Below are positions 9,587-20,550 of a stretch of DNA of 64,000 nucleotides, one piece after another. Positions within the stretch are counted from its first letter, which is position 1, and each line of letters begins with the position of its first letter. The DNA is taken from positions 5,184,001 through 5,248,000 of the forward strand of contig OY970067.1 of NCBI GenBank assembly GCA_963705305.1, read 5' to 3'. Made by a program: the position numbers and the translations under genes. The notes below the pieces were generated by a model, which did not search any database, had not been told where the DNA came from, and saw only the letters and a list, made by a program, of their open reading frames with translations. Source of the stretch: an uncultured Methylomirabilota bacterium (lineage in GTDB: Bacteria > Methylomirabilota > Methylomirabilia > Methylomirabilales > 2-02-FULL-66-22).

Positions 9587-11047
9587 CTACTCTCGGGCCG
9601 TCGCCCTCTCCGGGGAGTACGTCATCAGACTGATGAGCACGAACAAGATAAAGTTGACGGCGAGCGCGAAGAACCCCGCGTTCAAGTGCATGCCAAGGAC
9701 GGGGGTCGGATCCAGCTTGTTCAGCATGAGGTAGAAGACCAGCCCCTCGCCCACAACCAGCCCGATGTAGGCGGCCGGGCGGGTGGCCTTCTTCCAGAAC
9801 AGACCGAGGACGATCAAGGGGAAGAACTGGGTCACCCCCGAGTAGCCGGTGAGCAGCAGGTTGACCAGCATGTTGGGGGCGAAGATCGCGAGCGCGAGGG
9901 CCACGGCGGTCAGCACGAGCACGACGACTTGGGCGAGCTTCCGAAGACTGTCGGGTGCGGCCTGCCGCCCGAGCGTCTTCCCGTAGATGTTCCGGGTGAA
10001 CAGCATCGACGTGGACAGGAGGAGATCGGCGGCGGGGATCATGCAGGCCAGGGCCCCCGCGCCGCCCACCAGCCCCAGGGCCCACCCGGGAAACGTCTTC
10101 CGCACGATTTCCATGAAGGCCATATCCGGGGTCTTGAGCGCAGGCACCAGCACCAGCAGCGCCGTGAACCCGATCAGCATCGGAAAGAGCATGCAGATCT
10201 GGTACAGCGGCAGGAACACGGCATTGTGCCGCAGGACTTCCGGACTCTTGGCGCTGAAGCTGTTGGCCTGGAGGTGGGGCCACATGTAGAACCCCAGGCT
10301 GGTCAACGCCACGGTGGACATCAGCCAGCTCACATCCAGGGTCTTGGTGCCGCCGGGCAAGGCCAGGTATCCGGGCTTGGCGGCATCCAGGGCTCTGAAC
10401 ATGCCGCCCAGGCTGCCGAAGTAATGGATCGGCAGGTAGAGGCCGAAGAAGACGACGGCCACGATCATGACGACGTCCTTGACAATGGCGGTCGTCGCGA
10501 CCCCGCGCAGTCCGCTCAAGTAGACGAACGCGGCCACCATGGCGAACGCGATCAGCATCGCCGGCACCCGCGTGATGGCGCCGGAGGAGCAGGTCTCGAT
10601 GATGAGGCCCAACCCGGTCAACTGGAGCTGCAGGTAGGGAAGCAGGAAGGCCACTCCCACCACGGCCACCAGGATGCCCAACACCTCGCTCTTATAGAGG
10701 TGGGCTACCAGGTCCGGCTGGGTCATCAACTCGTGCTTCCGCCCGATGGGGGACATGGCCGGCAGGACGTAGTAACCGACGACGTACGCCAGGGCTCCAT
10801 AGGCGAGGATGTAGAACGTCGGGCCGCCCCGGGCATACGCCCACCCGCTTCCGCCGAGAAAGGCGAAGGCCGTGTAGATCTCGCCGGCCAGGACGAACCA
10901 GCTCAGTCCTCGGCCGAAGCTCCGTCCCGCGATCGCCCAGCCTTCGAGATTCATGTGCTTGTGCAGCAGACCGGGGATCAGCCCGACGACGGTCGCGCCA
11001 ATCACGAAAAGAAAGATCAGCAGGAGAGGCATCGCTTGAGAACTCAT
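9587..11047 (-). CDS. Sodium:solute symporter family protein
   Basis: AGRS, GEIYTAFAFLGGSGWAY, PYLQLQL, GLRG motifs; GAAAGGA RBS. Confidence 0.9.
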   Translation of the reverse strand: MSSQAMPLLLIFLFVIGATVVGLIPGLLHKHMNLEGWAIAGRSFGRGLSWFVLAGEIYTAFAFLGGSGWAYARGGPTFYILAYGALAYVVGYYVLPAMSPIGRKHELMTQPDLVAHLYKSEVLGILVAVVGVAFLLPYLQLQLTGLGLIIETCSSGAITRVPAMLIAFAMVAAFVYLSGLRGVATTAIVKDVVMIVAVVFFGLYLPIHYFGSLGGMFRALDAAKPGYLALPGGTKTLDVSWLMSTVALTSLGFYMWPHLQANSFSAKSPEVLRHNAVFLPLYQICMLFPMLIGFTALLVLVPALKTPDMAFMEIVRKTFPGWALGLVGGAGALACMIPAADLLLSTSMLFTRNIYGKTLGRQAAPDSLRKLAQVVVLVLTAVALALAIFAPNMLVNLLLTGYSGVTQFFPLIVLGLFWKKATRPAAYIGLVVGEGLVFYLMLNKLDPTPVLGMHLNAGFFALAVNFILFVLISLMTYSPERATARE

Positions 11048-11248
11048 CGTGGGTTTCCTTTCGTTAAAGGCCGGTTCACCCATCCACCCGAAACATGACC
11101 GGCAAGGATGCAAAGCCACCCGGCGGCGGCCCCCGGAACCCACCAGGCCCCATGCCGCGGGCGCCGTCTTGGGATCGTCTCCATTGCCCCGTGAACATGA
11201 CCGGCCGCATTCCCCCTCCGCCCGGGCAAGCCGGCACAACGGCGATGG

Positions 11249-12568
11249 CTATTTCGACGCGAGAATCGCGTTGTAGAGGGCCGCAAAGAACTCCGCACCG
11301 TTCGGGATGACTCGCTCGTCCAGGTCGAAGGTCGCGCTGTGGTGGCCGCCGGAGATGGGGGTCCCCAGCAGCGCGAACAGGGCTTTCCCGCCCCGGCTCT
11401 GCACCCGCTCCATCATCACCGTCACGTCCTCGGACGCATTGAAGGCCGCCTCCGGCACGACCTCCGTGACCGACGGCAGCGTCGCGGCGACCCGGCCCCC
11501 CAGTTCCACGAGCTCGGCCGAGTTGCGCGCGCTCAGCCCGGTGGCGGCCGGCTTGATCTCCAGCCCGAGGTCATACATCCGCGCCGCGCCCTCCAGCACC
11601 TCGCGCGCCCGCGCGACCATGTACGCATTGATCTCGTTCGTCACCCCTCGGGTCTCCATCCGGAAGGAGGCCCTGTCGGGGATGACGTTCCAGGTCGTGC
11701 CCGCCTGGAACACGCCCACATTGACGCGCGACGCCCCCAGGCCGTGCCGGGCGATGGCGTACAGGTTGGTCACCGCCGCGCAGGCCCCCAGCAGGGCGTT
11801 CTTGCCTTCATCCGGCCGGAGACCCGCATGGGTCGCCCGCCCCGTGTAGGCGACCTCGAAGCGGGACATAGCCAGAAAGCTGTGGACATTCAAGGCGATC
11901 TGGCCGACGGCTTTGACGCTCAGGCCGACGTGCCCCCCGATCAGGTAGTCGACGTCCTCCAGGTGGCCCCGATCCACCATCGGCTGGGCGCCGCAGCAGG
12001 TCTCCTCGCTCGGCTGAAACAGTAGCTTGACCTTTCCCCGGATCCGCTCCCGGTTCTCCGCGAAGTGGCGAGCCAGCAGCAGACCGATGGCCGTATGGGC
12101 GTCGTGCCCGCACATATGGGCATAGCCGGGATACTTTGAGACGAACCCCTCGCGGGCCGGCCGATGGGACGGCTCGCTGGACTCGAGCACCTCGTTCGAG
12201 TCGATGTCGAACCGGAAGGCCACGGTCGGACCCGGGGACGGCCCCTCGAGCAGTCCGACCACGCCGGTGAGGCCTGCTCGGGCTGGGGCGAGGAACTTCT
12301 CCTTGGCCCCGTCTCGGAGCGCCCGGTCATACTCGGCCTGCAACTGGTCGGGGCTCGGCGGGAGCAGTTGCCCCTGGGGGGAGATCACGTCCCGGCCCTG
12401 GAGCACTTGGTACCCCCAGTCCGACAGCTTCTCGGCCACCAGCCCCGTGGCGTAGAATTCGAGCCAGGAAGGCTGCGGGTGCTGGTGCAGGTCGCGGCGC
12501 CACGCGATGGCGTCCCGGCCGTGTGCCGCGATGGCCTGCTCGGGGGAATGATCGGTACAGGGTTTCAT
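11249..12568 (-). CDS. M20 family amidohydrolase (AbgA-like)
   Basis: RRDLHQHP, RFDID, HMCGHDAH, FQPSEE, SED, GHH motifs. Confidence 0.88.
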   Translation of the reverse strand: MKPCTDHSPEQAIAAHGRDAIAWRRDLHQHPQPSWLEFYATGLVAEKLSDWGYQVLQGRDVISPQGQLLPPSPDQLQAEYDRALRDGAKEKFLAPARAGLTGVVGLLEGPSPGPTVAFRFDIDSNEVLESSEPSHRPAREGFVSKYPGYAHMCGHDAHTAIGLLLARHFAENRERIRGKVKLLFQPSEETCCGAQPMVDRGHLEDVDYLIGGHVGLSVKAVGQIALNVHSFLAMSRFEVAYTGRATHAGLRPDEGKNALLGACAAVTNLYAIARHGLGASRVNVGVFQAGTTWNVIPDRASFRMETRGVTNEINAYMVARAREVLEGAARMYDLGLEIKPAATGLSARNSAELVELGGRVAATLPSVTEVVPEAAFNASEDVTVMMERVQSRGGKALFALLGTPISGGHHSATFDLDERVIPNGAEFFAALYNAILASK

Positions 12569-13293
12569 CGAACCGCCCTCGCTTTCACAGGTGGATTATC
12601 GGCCCAGGGCCGAGGCACAGAAGGAATCTGACAGATGCACAGCCACCCGTTCCTCCCTCCGCGAGACCCCTTGACGTATCCCGCGCGAGCCGGCGCGGGG
12701 ACCGATCTGAGACCGGAATGTCCGGCGCACGTGGGCCCGGCTACGCCGGACCCCGCGGCGGGGCGTCGGGTCCGCCGGCATGACCGGAGATGTGCACCCG
12801 CGGCAGACAAAGGCTTTGCACGGGCAGCAGGGGCCCGGGAGGTGGACGGGAAGCAACCGAATGGTTCAAGGAGGGAAAACCGACGAACGCCGAGTTCGCC
12901 ACCCAGCGCGCAGGCAGGAGGAGTCGTTGGGGCTGTACCGGAGTCGTATCGGCAGTCGCCGCACCATCGGCGAGCAGCGCCTTCCGACACTTCCCTTGAG
13001 TACGGAGGAGTCCGAGAGCAAAATGCGCAACCAGCCAGAGGAACGCCGGCATCACCGCGTTTCGCCAAACCGGCAGCCGGAACGTCTCCACCCTGGCACC
13101 CCCCCTACCGGGCCGACGCCGACTCACAGATCCTGGCGGGGCACGGTAGGCTGAACGGTCGCCCCTGTCAAGCCGGGGGAAGCGAGGTTGTCCTGTGAGG
13201 GATACAACGGCGAACTTGCTCCGCCGCCAGATCCTGGAAGCAGGGACCAGCGACCCCTGGGTCCCTCGGGATTACCATGACCAACCCACAGGA

Positions 13294-14073
13294 CTACGCC
13301 GTCGGCCAGGGATTCCCCGCAAGGAACCCGCCGTCCACCGGAATCGTCTGGCCGGTGAGGTAATCCGAGGCACTACTAGCCAGGAATACGGCGAGCCCGG
13401 CCACGTCCCGCGGCGTTCCGAACTTCCCCTGCGGGACGTGCTCTTGGACCCAGCGAATGCGCTCCGGCCCCATCTGGGCGGTCATGGGAGTGGTGATCCA
13501 TCCAGGGGCAATCGCGTTCACCTGGATGTTGTGCGGGGCCCATTCCAGCGCAAGGGCTTTGGTGAGGCTTACGATGCCCGCCTTGCTGATCCCGTACGGA
13601 GATATGCGATGAAAACCGCGGTAGGCCGTCATGGAGGCAATGTTGATGACTTTGCCGTGCTGTCGCTCGACCATATGCTTTCCAACGGCCTGGCAGAGGA
13701 AGTAGGCGCTGCGCAGGTTGGTATTGATCACCTCTTCCCAGCCCGCCACTGTCGCTTCGAGGACCGTCATGCGACGCTGGATGCCTGCGCAATTGACAAG
13801 AATGTCAATGTGTCCGAAGGCGTCCACAACCTGCCGGACTGCATCGGAGAGGCCTGCCATGTTTGCAATATCGTAGGGGACCGCCAGGGCCCTCCGATCC
13901 CCCGCTCGGATCCGTCCTGCAACTCGCTCCAGGTCGTCTCGGGTCCGTGCCATGAGTGCCACATCTGCGCCTGCCTCGCCCAGCCCAAGGGCGATTCCCT
14001 CGCCTATCCCCCTCCCCGCTCCCGTCACCAGCGCTACCCGACCCTCCAGCCGGAAGCTGTCGATGATGTTCAT
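13294..14073 (-). CDS. SDR oxidoreductase (gluconate 5-dehydrogenase/KduD-like)
   Basis: TGAGRGIG, YGISK, VNAIAPG, VDGG. Confidence 0.88.
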   Translation of the reverse strand: MNIIDSFRLEGRVALVTGAGRGIGEGIALGLGEAGADVALMARTRDDLERVAGRIRAGDRRALAVPYDIANMAGLSDAVRQVVDAFGHIDILVNCAGIQRRMTVLEATVAGWEEVINTNLRSAYFLCQAVGKHMVERQHGKVINIASMTAYRGFHRISPYGISKAGIVSLTKALALEWAPHNIQVNAIAPGWITTPMTAQMGPERIRWVQEHVPQGKFGTPRDVAGLAVFLASSASDYLTGQTIPVDGGFLAGNPWPTA

Positions 14074-14207
14074 CCCACCCTCATATGGCGGACACCAGGT
14101 CCGGACGGTGCTCGCTTCCCCTGTTTCTAATCACGTGGGAATCGGCCCGATTGAAATTGACCGGCCGGGCCGGGGCATCGGCCCGCCCCGGCCGGTCTCA
14201 TACTTCC

Positions 14208-15177
14208 TCAGAATGGCCAGTGAAGGCTGTAGATGCTCCGCCCCCCCGGGGCCAAGGGCCCCTTGATTACGGCCTCGATCTCTTCTTTGGGCCGCATCGT
14301 GATCTCTCCGATGGGCGGGAGCTTGCCGGGCGGGAATGCCGTGCGAATATCTTCCAACAGCCTGACCATGTAGTCCAAGAGGGCCCGCACTCCCGGATAC
14401 GCCTTTTCGGCGGTCGCCTTGGTGGCTTTGCCCACCACGCCAGGCTGATAGGCGGCAACCTCCATGGGCGTGCAGCCGACTTGGCCGTACCAGGCGATGG
14501 GTCGGTGCAGGAGGTTTCCGGCCTTGTCAAGGTGTCCCTCAGGGAGGTAGCCACGCAGCTCCGTATCGACGGCCTCCTTCATGTCAATGAATTCGGGGAA
14601 CAGGGCCAGCGACCAGGAGGTTTCCACTTCGTCCGCGTGGATGAACGACGTTCTCGTAGGGGCCGCCGTCCTTCTGCGTCTTGAAGTGCTCCTGAACGGC
14701 ATGGTACCAGTTCAAATTGATGAAGACCCCCGGCACCTGAAAAGTCTTTGCAAACTGGTGGATGGCTGTGGGGATGACGTACTCCTGCCCGTGGCCGTTG
14801 AGCAGGATCTGCTTGCGGAAGCCCATGTTCCAGAGGCCAACCATGATTGCCTTGAGGTAGCCGACGAACGTCTCCTCTGGCACGATGACGGTTCCTGGCA
14901 TACCCATATGGTGGTAGGGATGGGAGCCATACCACATCGGCTGGGCCACCGTGCAACCGGTTTGCTGGGCCACCAGCTCCGCCATGCGCGTCACCAGGAA
15001 GGTGTCCTCTCCGATACAGGCGTGGGGGCCATGCGCCTCGGTGGAGCCGACTGGCACGATGATGATATCGTTCTGCTTGAGTCGTGCTTCGATCTGCTTC
15101 CAGGTCATGGTCTGGAGGTAGATCTGATCCGCTGATTCCATGTGGCCGCCGTTCGGCGGCAATGTCCAGTCACCCAT
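14208..15177 (-). CDS. iolN: Creatininase-family hydrolase, IolN (3-dehydro-scyllo-inosose hydrolase)-like; +1 frameshift at ~14650
   Basis: PVGSTEAHG, GEDTFL, LNGHGQE, GGPYE|TSFIHADEVETSWSLALFPE, DKAGNLLHRPIAWYG; span is 323 codons + 1 nt, and removing one A restores a 322-aa protein. Confidence 0.78.
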
Positions 15178-15406
15178 GAAAGGCCTCCTTATCAACCTGC
15201 CGTACGGCCTCCGATGGGCCAGATGCCGACGGCCGGTCAGAACGATAACACCCGGAAACCTGTCGGGCCCGTGGCAGCGCGCACAAGAACTGGACGTCTG
15301 CAGTAAACCCGACGCACCTACGTTGGACTTTAGCCTCGAGAACGTCTACAGTTCAGCACCCGAGGGTGCCGCAACGCAGAATCCGCACCCATGTCTTGCG
15401 CGGCCA

Positions 15407-15607
15407 CTACCCGCTACACAAAGGTGTTGAAGATTCGTTTGTCAATAGGCGCGATTCCCCCGTGGTTACAGCGCATTCCGTCCTTTTCGGATTGGGCTGG
15501 CATCGAGGAAGATTTCCTCCCCGACAAGGCGTTCCGATTCGGTCAACCAATTCATGCTGTTACTAGCGAAACGCCGACCGTTATCAACACCTTTGTGTAA
15601 CGGCTAG
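15407..15607. mobile_element. MITE-like element (~200 bp, non-coding)
   Basis: CCGCTACACAAAGGTGTTGA (15411-15430) and TCAACACCTTTGTGTAACGG (15584-15603) are 19/20 inverted; flanked by CTAC and CTAG. Confidence 0.7.
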
Positions 15608-15672
15608 GCGCGGCCATGGCTCTGGGTAGACTGTTCAGTGGCAGTCCCCCACCGCTCATTGCCTGGATGGCC

Positions 15673-16650
15673 TCAATCCGCCTTAATCCCGAACTTCTTT
15701 AGCTTCTCGATCTTCGCCTTCTCAAAGGCGGCGGCGTTTTCTTTGGTGATAACAGACGCCATGCCTGAGCCGACCTTCGTCTCTTTGGGCGGCTTCTCGC
15801 CCTTGAGGAGGAATTTGGCCGTCAGGTCCACGCCGACGAAGCCCTGATCAAAACCATTGGAGTCCACCGTACCGGCCAGCTCACCGTCCTGGATTGCCTG
15901 GAGCGCCTCGGGAATGCCGTCGATGCCGGCCACGAGAATCTTCCGCCGAGCGTCCTTAATGGCCTCCTTGGCGCCCAGGGACATGGCGTCGTTCGCGCAA
16001 AGGACCATGTCGATTTTCGGAAACCGAGTCAGGAGGTCCTCCATGACCTTCATGGCCTCCTCCCGGTTGTACTTCGCCGTGGTCGAGGCCAGAACCTTGA
16101 TGCCGGGGGCTTTCTTGAGGACTTCCTGAATCCCCTGCAGGCGTTCGATTGCCGAGGAGGCGCCGGTCGTCCCCTCGAGGATGACCAGGTTCCCCTTCCC
16201 CTTCAGGGTGTCCACTGCATACTGCCCGAGGATCCGACCCAGGACCAAGTGGTCGACCCCGGCATACCCGATAACCTTCCCGCCGGCCGCAAGGGTGTTA
16301 ACGTTAAAGACCGGAATGTTGGCTTCGTTCGCCCGCTCGATGCCCGACACGATACCGGCACCGTCGATGGGCACGATGACGATGGCATCCACCTTTTTCT
16401 GGATCAAATCCTCCATGATCCGGATTTGGTTGTCGACAGCGTACTTCTCAGGAGCCAGGGTGGTGAGCTGAATGCCGTACTGCTTGGCCGCGGCCTCTCC
16501 GCCCCACTTCATCTCGACAAAAAAGCGATTGGTGAGATCTTTCACCACCAGAGCGACGTGGATGTCTTTGGGGTCCTTGGCGACGGCCCCTCCTGAAAGG
16601 GCTAGAACAGCGGCCAGGGCCATGCTCGTGAGCCATACGAAGCGCTTCAT
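15673..16650 (-). CDS. Sugar ABC transporter substrate-binding protein (RbsB-like)
   Basis: Signal peptide, NRFF, QKKVDAI, CANDAM, GIDG motifs. Confidence 0.9.
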   Translation of the reverse strand: MKRFVWLTSMALAAVLALSGGAVAKDPKDIHVALVVKDLTNRFFVEMKWGGEAAAKQYGIQLTTLAPEKYAVDNQIRIMEDLIQKKVDAIVIVPIDGAGIVSGIERANEANIPVFNVNTLAAGGKVIGYAGVDHLVLGRILGQYAVDTLKGKGNLVILEGTTGASSAIERLQGIQEVLKKAPGIKVLASTTAKYNREEAMKVMEDLLTRFPKIDMVLCANDAMSLGAKEAIKDARRKILVAGIDGIPEALQAIQDGELAGTVDSNGFDQGFVGVDLTAKFLLKGEKPPKETKVGSGMASVITKENAAAFEKAKIEKLKKFGIKAD

Positions 16651-16693
16651 GTCTCGTTCCCTCCTCTGGGAATACGGGTAGGAATACCGACAC

Positions 16694-17629
16694 TCACCTA
16701 GCAACCTTGCCTCGCCTCCTGATGACATGGTCGATGATTACCACCAGGATGATGACGAAGCCGACAAAGAAGTCCTGAAAGCGGGCCGGAAGTCCCAAGA
16801 GGTTCACGCAGTTGCCGACCACGGCCATGACGATCCCGCCCAGGATCAAACCCAGGACGCTGCCCTCCCCTCCCGAGAAGGCAATGCCGCCAATGACGGC
16901 CACGGCGATGCCTTCCAGCGGCCACATCACGCCCAGGTCGGCGTCGGCGGCGTTCAGGCGCGCGATGTAGACCAGCCCGGCCAGTCCGGCCAGCAAGCCC
17001 GAGAGTGCGTAGATCTGGATGAGGTTCCGGTCCACCGATAGGCCCGAGAAGCGGGCGGCCTCGGTGTTGGTCCCCACGGCGTACGTCACCCGGCCGAAGG
17101 TCGTCTTGGTCAGAATCAGGTGCAGGAGGCCGATAACCGCGGCGGTGAGGAGCACCGGCATGGGGATGGGGCCCACGAAGCTCTTTCCCAGCCAGGTGAA
17201 GCTCCGAGGGAAGCTATGGATGGAGGTGCCCTGCGTGTAGGTCATGGCCAGCCCACGCGCGATGTACATCATGCTGAAGGTCATGATGAAAAAGGGGAGC
17301 CTGAATTTGGCGATCATCACCCCGTTCAACAGGCCGCCCAGGGCCCCGCCGGCCAGCCCGACCAGGATCCCGCAGAACACGTACTCCCGGACGATCAGGC
17401 TGGCCGCCAGGCAGGAGGAGAGCGCAGCCAGGGAGCCGATGGAGAGATCCAGGCCCGCCACCAGCATGCTCAGGGACACGCCAGAGGCGATGAGGGCCAG
17501 GAGGAAAGCCTGGCGGAGCAGATTGATCAGGTTGGGCTCTGTCCCGAAGCGCGGGACGAAGACCCAAGCCACCGTGAGAATGAGGATCACCGCCATCAAG
17601 CGGAAGAGGGCGCGCCCAGAGAGCTTCAT
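16694..17629 (-). CDS. Sugar ABC transporter permease
   Basis: GLDLSIG, FGR..YAVG.N.EAARFSG, AVIGG. Confidence 0.92.
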   Translation of the reverse strand: MKLSGRALFRLMAVILILTVAWVFVPRFGTEPNLINLLRQAFLLALIASGVSLSMLVAGLDLSIGSLAALSSCLAASLIVREYVFCGILVGLAGGALGGLLNGVMIAKFRLPFFIMTFSMMYIARGLAMTYTQGTSIHSFPRSFTWLGKSFVGPIPMPVLLTAAVIGLLHLILTKTTFGRVTYAVGTNTEAARFSGLSVDRNLIQIYALSGLLAGLAGLVYIARLNAADADLGVMWPLEGIAVAVIGGIAFSGGEGSVLGLILGGIVMAVVGNCVNLLGLPARFQDFFVGFVIILVVIIDHVIRRRGKVAR

Positions 17630-18628
17630 TCAGGCCTTCGAAGCGTTCGCCGGCGACCCGACGAGGCGCCGCTTGAGGTTGCGGATGACTTGGTAGAGGC
17701 TCTGGTTCTCGGCAACGTAGGCCAGGATGAGGATCAAGCCCATCAAGACGAGCTGGAGATAGAGGTTGACCCCCGCCATGTCGAGCCCGTTCCGCATGGT
17801 GGCGATGAGGGTGACGCCGACGAGCGTTTGCGCAACCCCGCCTTTGCCACCCAGCAACGAGGTTCCCCCCACGACCACGGCCGCGATGGAATCGAATTCA
17901 TAGCCGATGGTGTCGATAGCCTGGGCGGCGTTCGAGCGGGCCAGGAACAGGATGCCCGCCAGCCCGGCCATGAAACCACAGAAGGTATACACCAAGGTCT
18001 TTATGAGGGTCACCCGGATGCCCGAGAGTCGCGCCGCTCCCTCGTTGCCGCCGATGGCGTAGATGGCGATGCCGTATGGCGTGCTTTTGAGAAACCCGTG
18101 AAGGACAAGGAAGGCTGCCGCCACCAGAAGAAGCGGGACCGGCAGGCCCAAAATCACTCCATCGTGCAATACCCGTAGTGTCTGCGGGAAACCGGTCAAG
18201 ACCCGCTCTTCGGTAATGATCAATGCCGCGCCCAAGGCCATGCCCCACATGCCGAACGTGGGCACGAAGGGGTTGATCCCAAGGAGACTGTGGACCGATC
18301 CATTGCAGAGCCCGCAGAGCATGGCCACGCCCAGGCCGACCAGCGCGGCTAGAACCGGCGCCAGATGCAGCTTGAGCATCAGGAGGGCGGTCACACAGGA
18401 GGTCAGGCCCATGACGGCGCCCACGGAAAGGTCGATACCGGCCAGAAGAATGACGAACGTCTGGCCAAACGCCACCAGTGCGAGGACGCTGCCCTGCCGG
18501 ACGACATTCACCGCGTTGGAAAGGGAGAAGAAGTTCTTCGAGAGCAGTGAGAAGAAGCCGATCATGCCCAGGGTGATGACGATCGGCCCGGAGCATGCCA
18601 ACCGCAGCCTGCCCGCCTGGCGCGACAT
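17630..18628 (-). CDS. Sugar ABC transporter permease
   Basis: GIDLSVG, YAIGGNEGAARLSG, AAVVVGGTSL.GG.G. Confidence 0.92.
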   Translation of the reverse strand: MSRQAGRLRLACSGPIVITLGMIGFFSLLSKNFFSLSNAVNVVRQGSVLALVAFGQTFVILLAGIDLSVGAVMGLTSCVTALLMLKLHLAPVLAALVGLGVAMLCGLCNGSVHSLLGINPFVPTFGMWGMALGAALIITEERVLTGFPQTLRVLHDGVILGLPVPLLLVAAAFLVLHGFLKSTPYGIAIYAIGGNEGAARLSGIRVTLIKTLVYTFCGFMAGLAGILFLARSNAAQAIDTIGYEFDSIAAVVVGGTSLLGGKGGVAQTLVGVTLIATMRNGLDMAGVNLYLQLVLMGLILILAYVAENQSLYQVIRNLKRRLVGSPANASKA

Positions 18629-18634
18629 GGCAGC

Positions 18635-20126
18635 TTACCCTCCCACCGCGCACTTCATAATGCGCTCCTGATTTGCCTCCTGGTGGGCGAACTCGCCGGC
18701 GATCTTCCCATCGCACATGACGTAAATGCGGTCGCTCATCCCCAGGATCTCCGGCATTTCCGAAGAGATCATCACAATCGGGGTGCCCTGAGCCACCAGG
18801 TCGTCCATGAGGCGGTGGATCTCCAGCTTGGCGCCGACGTCGATACCGCGAGTCGGCTCGTCCAGGATGAACAGCTTCGCCTGCGTCGCCAGCCACTTGG
18901 CCAATACCACCTTCTGCTGGTTGCCGCCGGACAGGTATTGAACCAGCTGGCTCAGACTCGGGGTTTGAATTCGTAAGCGGGTGACAAAGTCCTGTGCAAC
19001 CGCCCGTTCCGTTGCCGCGTCGATCCATCCCCGGGGAAAGAGGCGCTTAGCGGCGGCCAGGATGATGTTGTCCGAGACCGGCCGAATCTGGAACAAACCC
19101 AAGGACTTGCGGTCCTCGGTCACGAAGGCCAGACCCAGTTTTGCGCCGGCCACCGGTGAATCGATGCTCACGGGGCTCCCGAAGAAGCGGATCTCGCCCG
19201 ATTCTGGCCGATCGATGCCGAAGATGATCCGGGCCAAGGCGGTCCGCCCCGAGCCGACCAGCCCGGCCAGACCTACGATCTCACCGCGACGAACGGTGAG
19301 GCAGAACGTCCTCGAGAACTCCCGGCAGGGAGACATGTCTCAGTTCGAGGGCCACCTCCCCCGGCGGCTGGCGACGGCGCGGGAACTGATCGGTGATCTC
19401 CCGCCCCACCATCATCCGGATCAGCTCGTCGATGCGCGCCTTGGCCACGGGAACCGTCCCGATCCGGTGACCATCCCGCAGCACCGTAACCCGGTCGCCG
19501 ATCTGCTGGATCTCCTCGAGGCGGTGCGAGATATAAATGATGCCGATGCCCTTGGTCTTGAGGAGGCGGATCATCTTGAAGAGGGCATCGGTCTCTTTCT
19601 CAGCCAACGTATCGGTGGGCTCGTCGAAGATAACAATGCGCGCCGCCATGGATAGAGCCTTCGCGACCTCCACCATCTGCTGCTCGGGGACCGACAGGGA
19701 TTTGACTTGGGCGTCCGGGTCGATGCGCTGCCCCAGGGAGGCGAGGATTTCCACCGTTCGCGCACGGGCAGCCTTTTTGTTCACACACAGCCCCCCCCTA
19801 CGCCGCGGCTCGCGTCCCAGATAGACGTTCTGGGCCACGGTCAACTCGGGCAGGAGGTTCATCTCTTGGTAAATCGTGGCCACACCCAACCGCTGGGCGG
19901 CGCGAACCGAGTCGATGGTGACTTGCTCGCCCGAGAGGATGAAGCGACCCCCGTCTTTCGGGTAGACGCCCGAGAGGAGCTTGATCAAAGTGGACTTGCC
20001 TGCCCCGTTCTCTCCGATGAGGACGTGAACCTCGCCCGGGTACAAATCGAAGTCGACCTTGCTCAGGGCGGTCACGCCGGGAAAGGACTTGGAGACACTC
20101 TCGACTTTCAGGAGCGGATCAGCCAT
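18635..20126 (-). CDS. Sugar ABC ATP-binding protein (RbsA-like); +1 frameshift at ~19307
   Basis: GENGAGKST and DEPT in the first half; GLVGSGRT, LSGGNQQK and DEPTRG in the second half; span is 497 codons + 1 nt. Confidence 0.88.
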
Positions 20127-20206
20127 GGACGCTCTCGACGGCGGCTCGAGCGACTCGTCAGTCGCCCCCGCCTGGCGGGGCGGTGGGCGGATGCACTGCA
20201 CGAAAG

Positions 20207-20227
20207 AATTTAAATATAATTTAAATT
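20207..20227. promoter_or_regulatory. Palindromic operator AATTTAAAT-N3-ATTTAAATT upstream of the ABC operon
   Basis: Perfect 9-3-9 inverted repeat overlapping the -10 region of a minus-strand TTGACA (20240-20245). Confidence 0.65.
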
Positions 20228-20383
20228 GATCGAAAACCGTGTCAAGGGGAAAAATCACTCCTCCTGGATGGTGGCCGGCCTCGATTCCCCTAAAGCCTTT
20301 GTTTAAACGGGATATGCGGGAATTTCTTTGGCCAGAGCCACGCCTGCGAGGCTTCGCACCCTTTGGCCGCGCCTTCATTCCCC

Positions 20384-20411
20384 TTGACAGGATTGAAATT
20401 GAATTTAAATT
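20384..20411 (+). promoter_or_regulatory. TTGACA promoter with a second operator copy, upstream of the XRE/cupin gene
   Basis: TTGACA at 20384; GATTGAAAT-TGA-ATTTAAATT (20391-20411) matches the first operator with 2 arm mismatches. Confidence 0.6.
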
Positions 20412-20550
20412 ACTTTCTGGAGGGAGGCTCACTCAGGCGGGCGTCCTCCCGGACAGTTTTGCGGTTCAGGGGGCCCATTCGGAAGGACAATCTGCCGGAC
20501 AAGCAACAGACTGACCCTGTTCCAGATCAAGGGTACCCGCAGAGGATGCG

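Noticed and set aside
11092..11205. 12-bp direct repeat AACATGACCGGC
   Set aside because: Only two short copies with no supporting structure.
12570..13290. Several overlapping ORFs in this gap
   Set aside because: No RBS-supported frame or recognisable motif; left unannotated.
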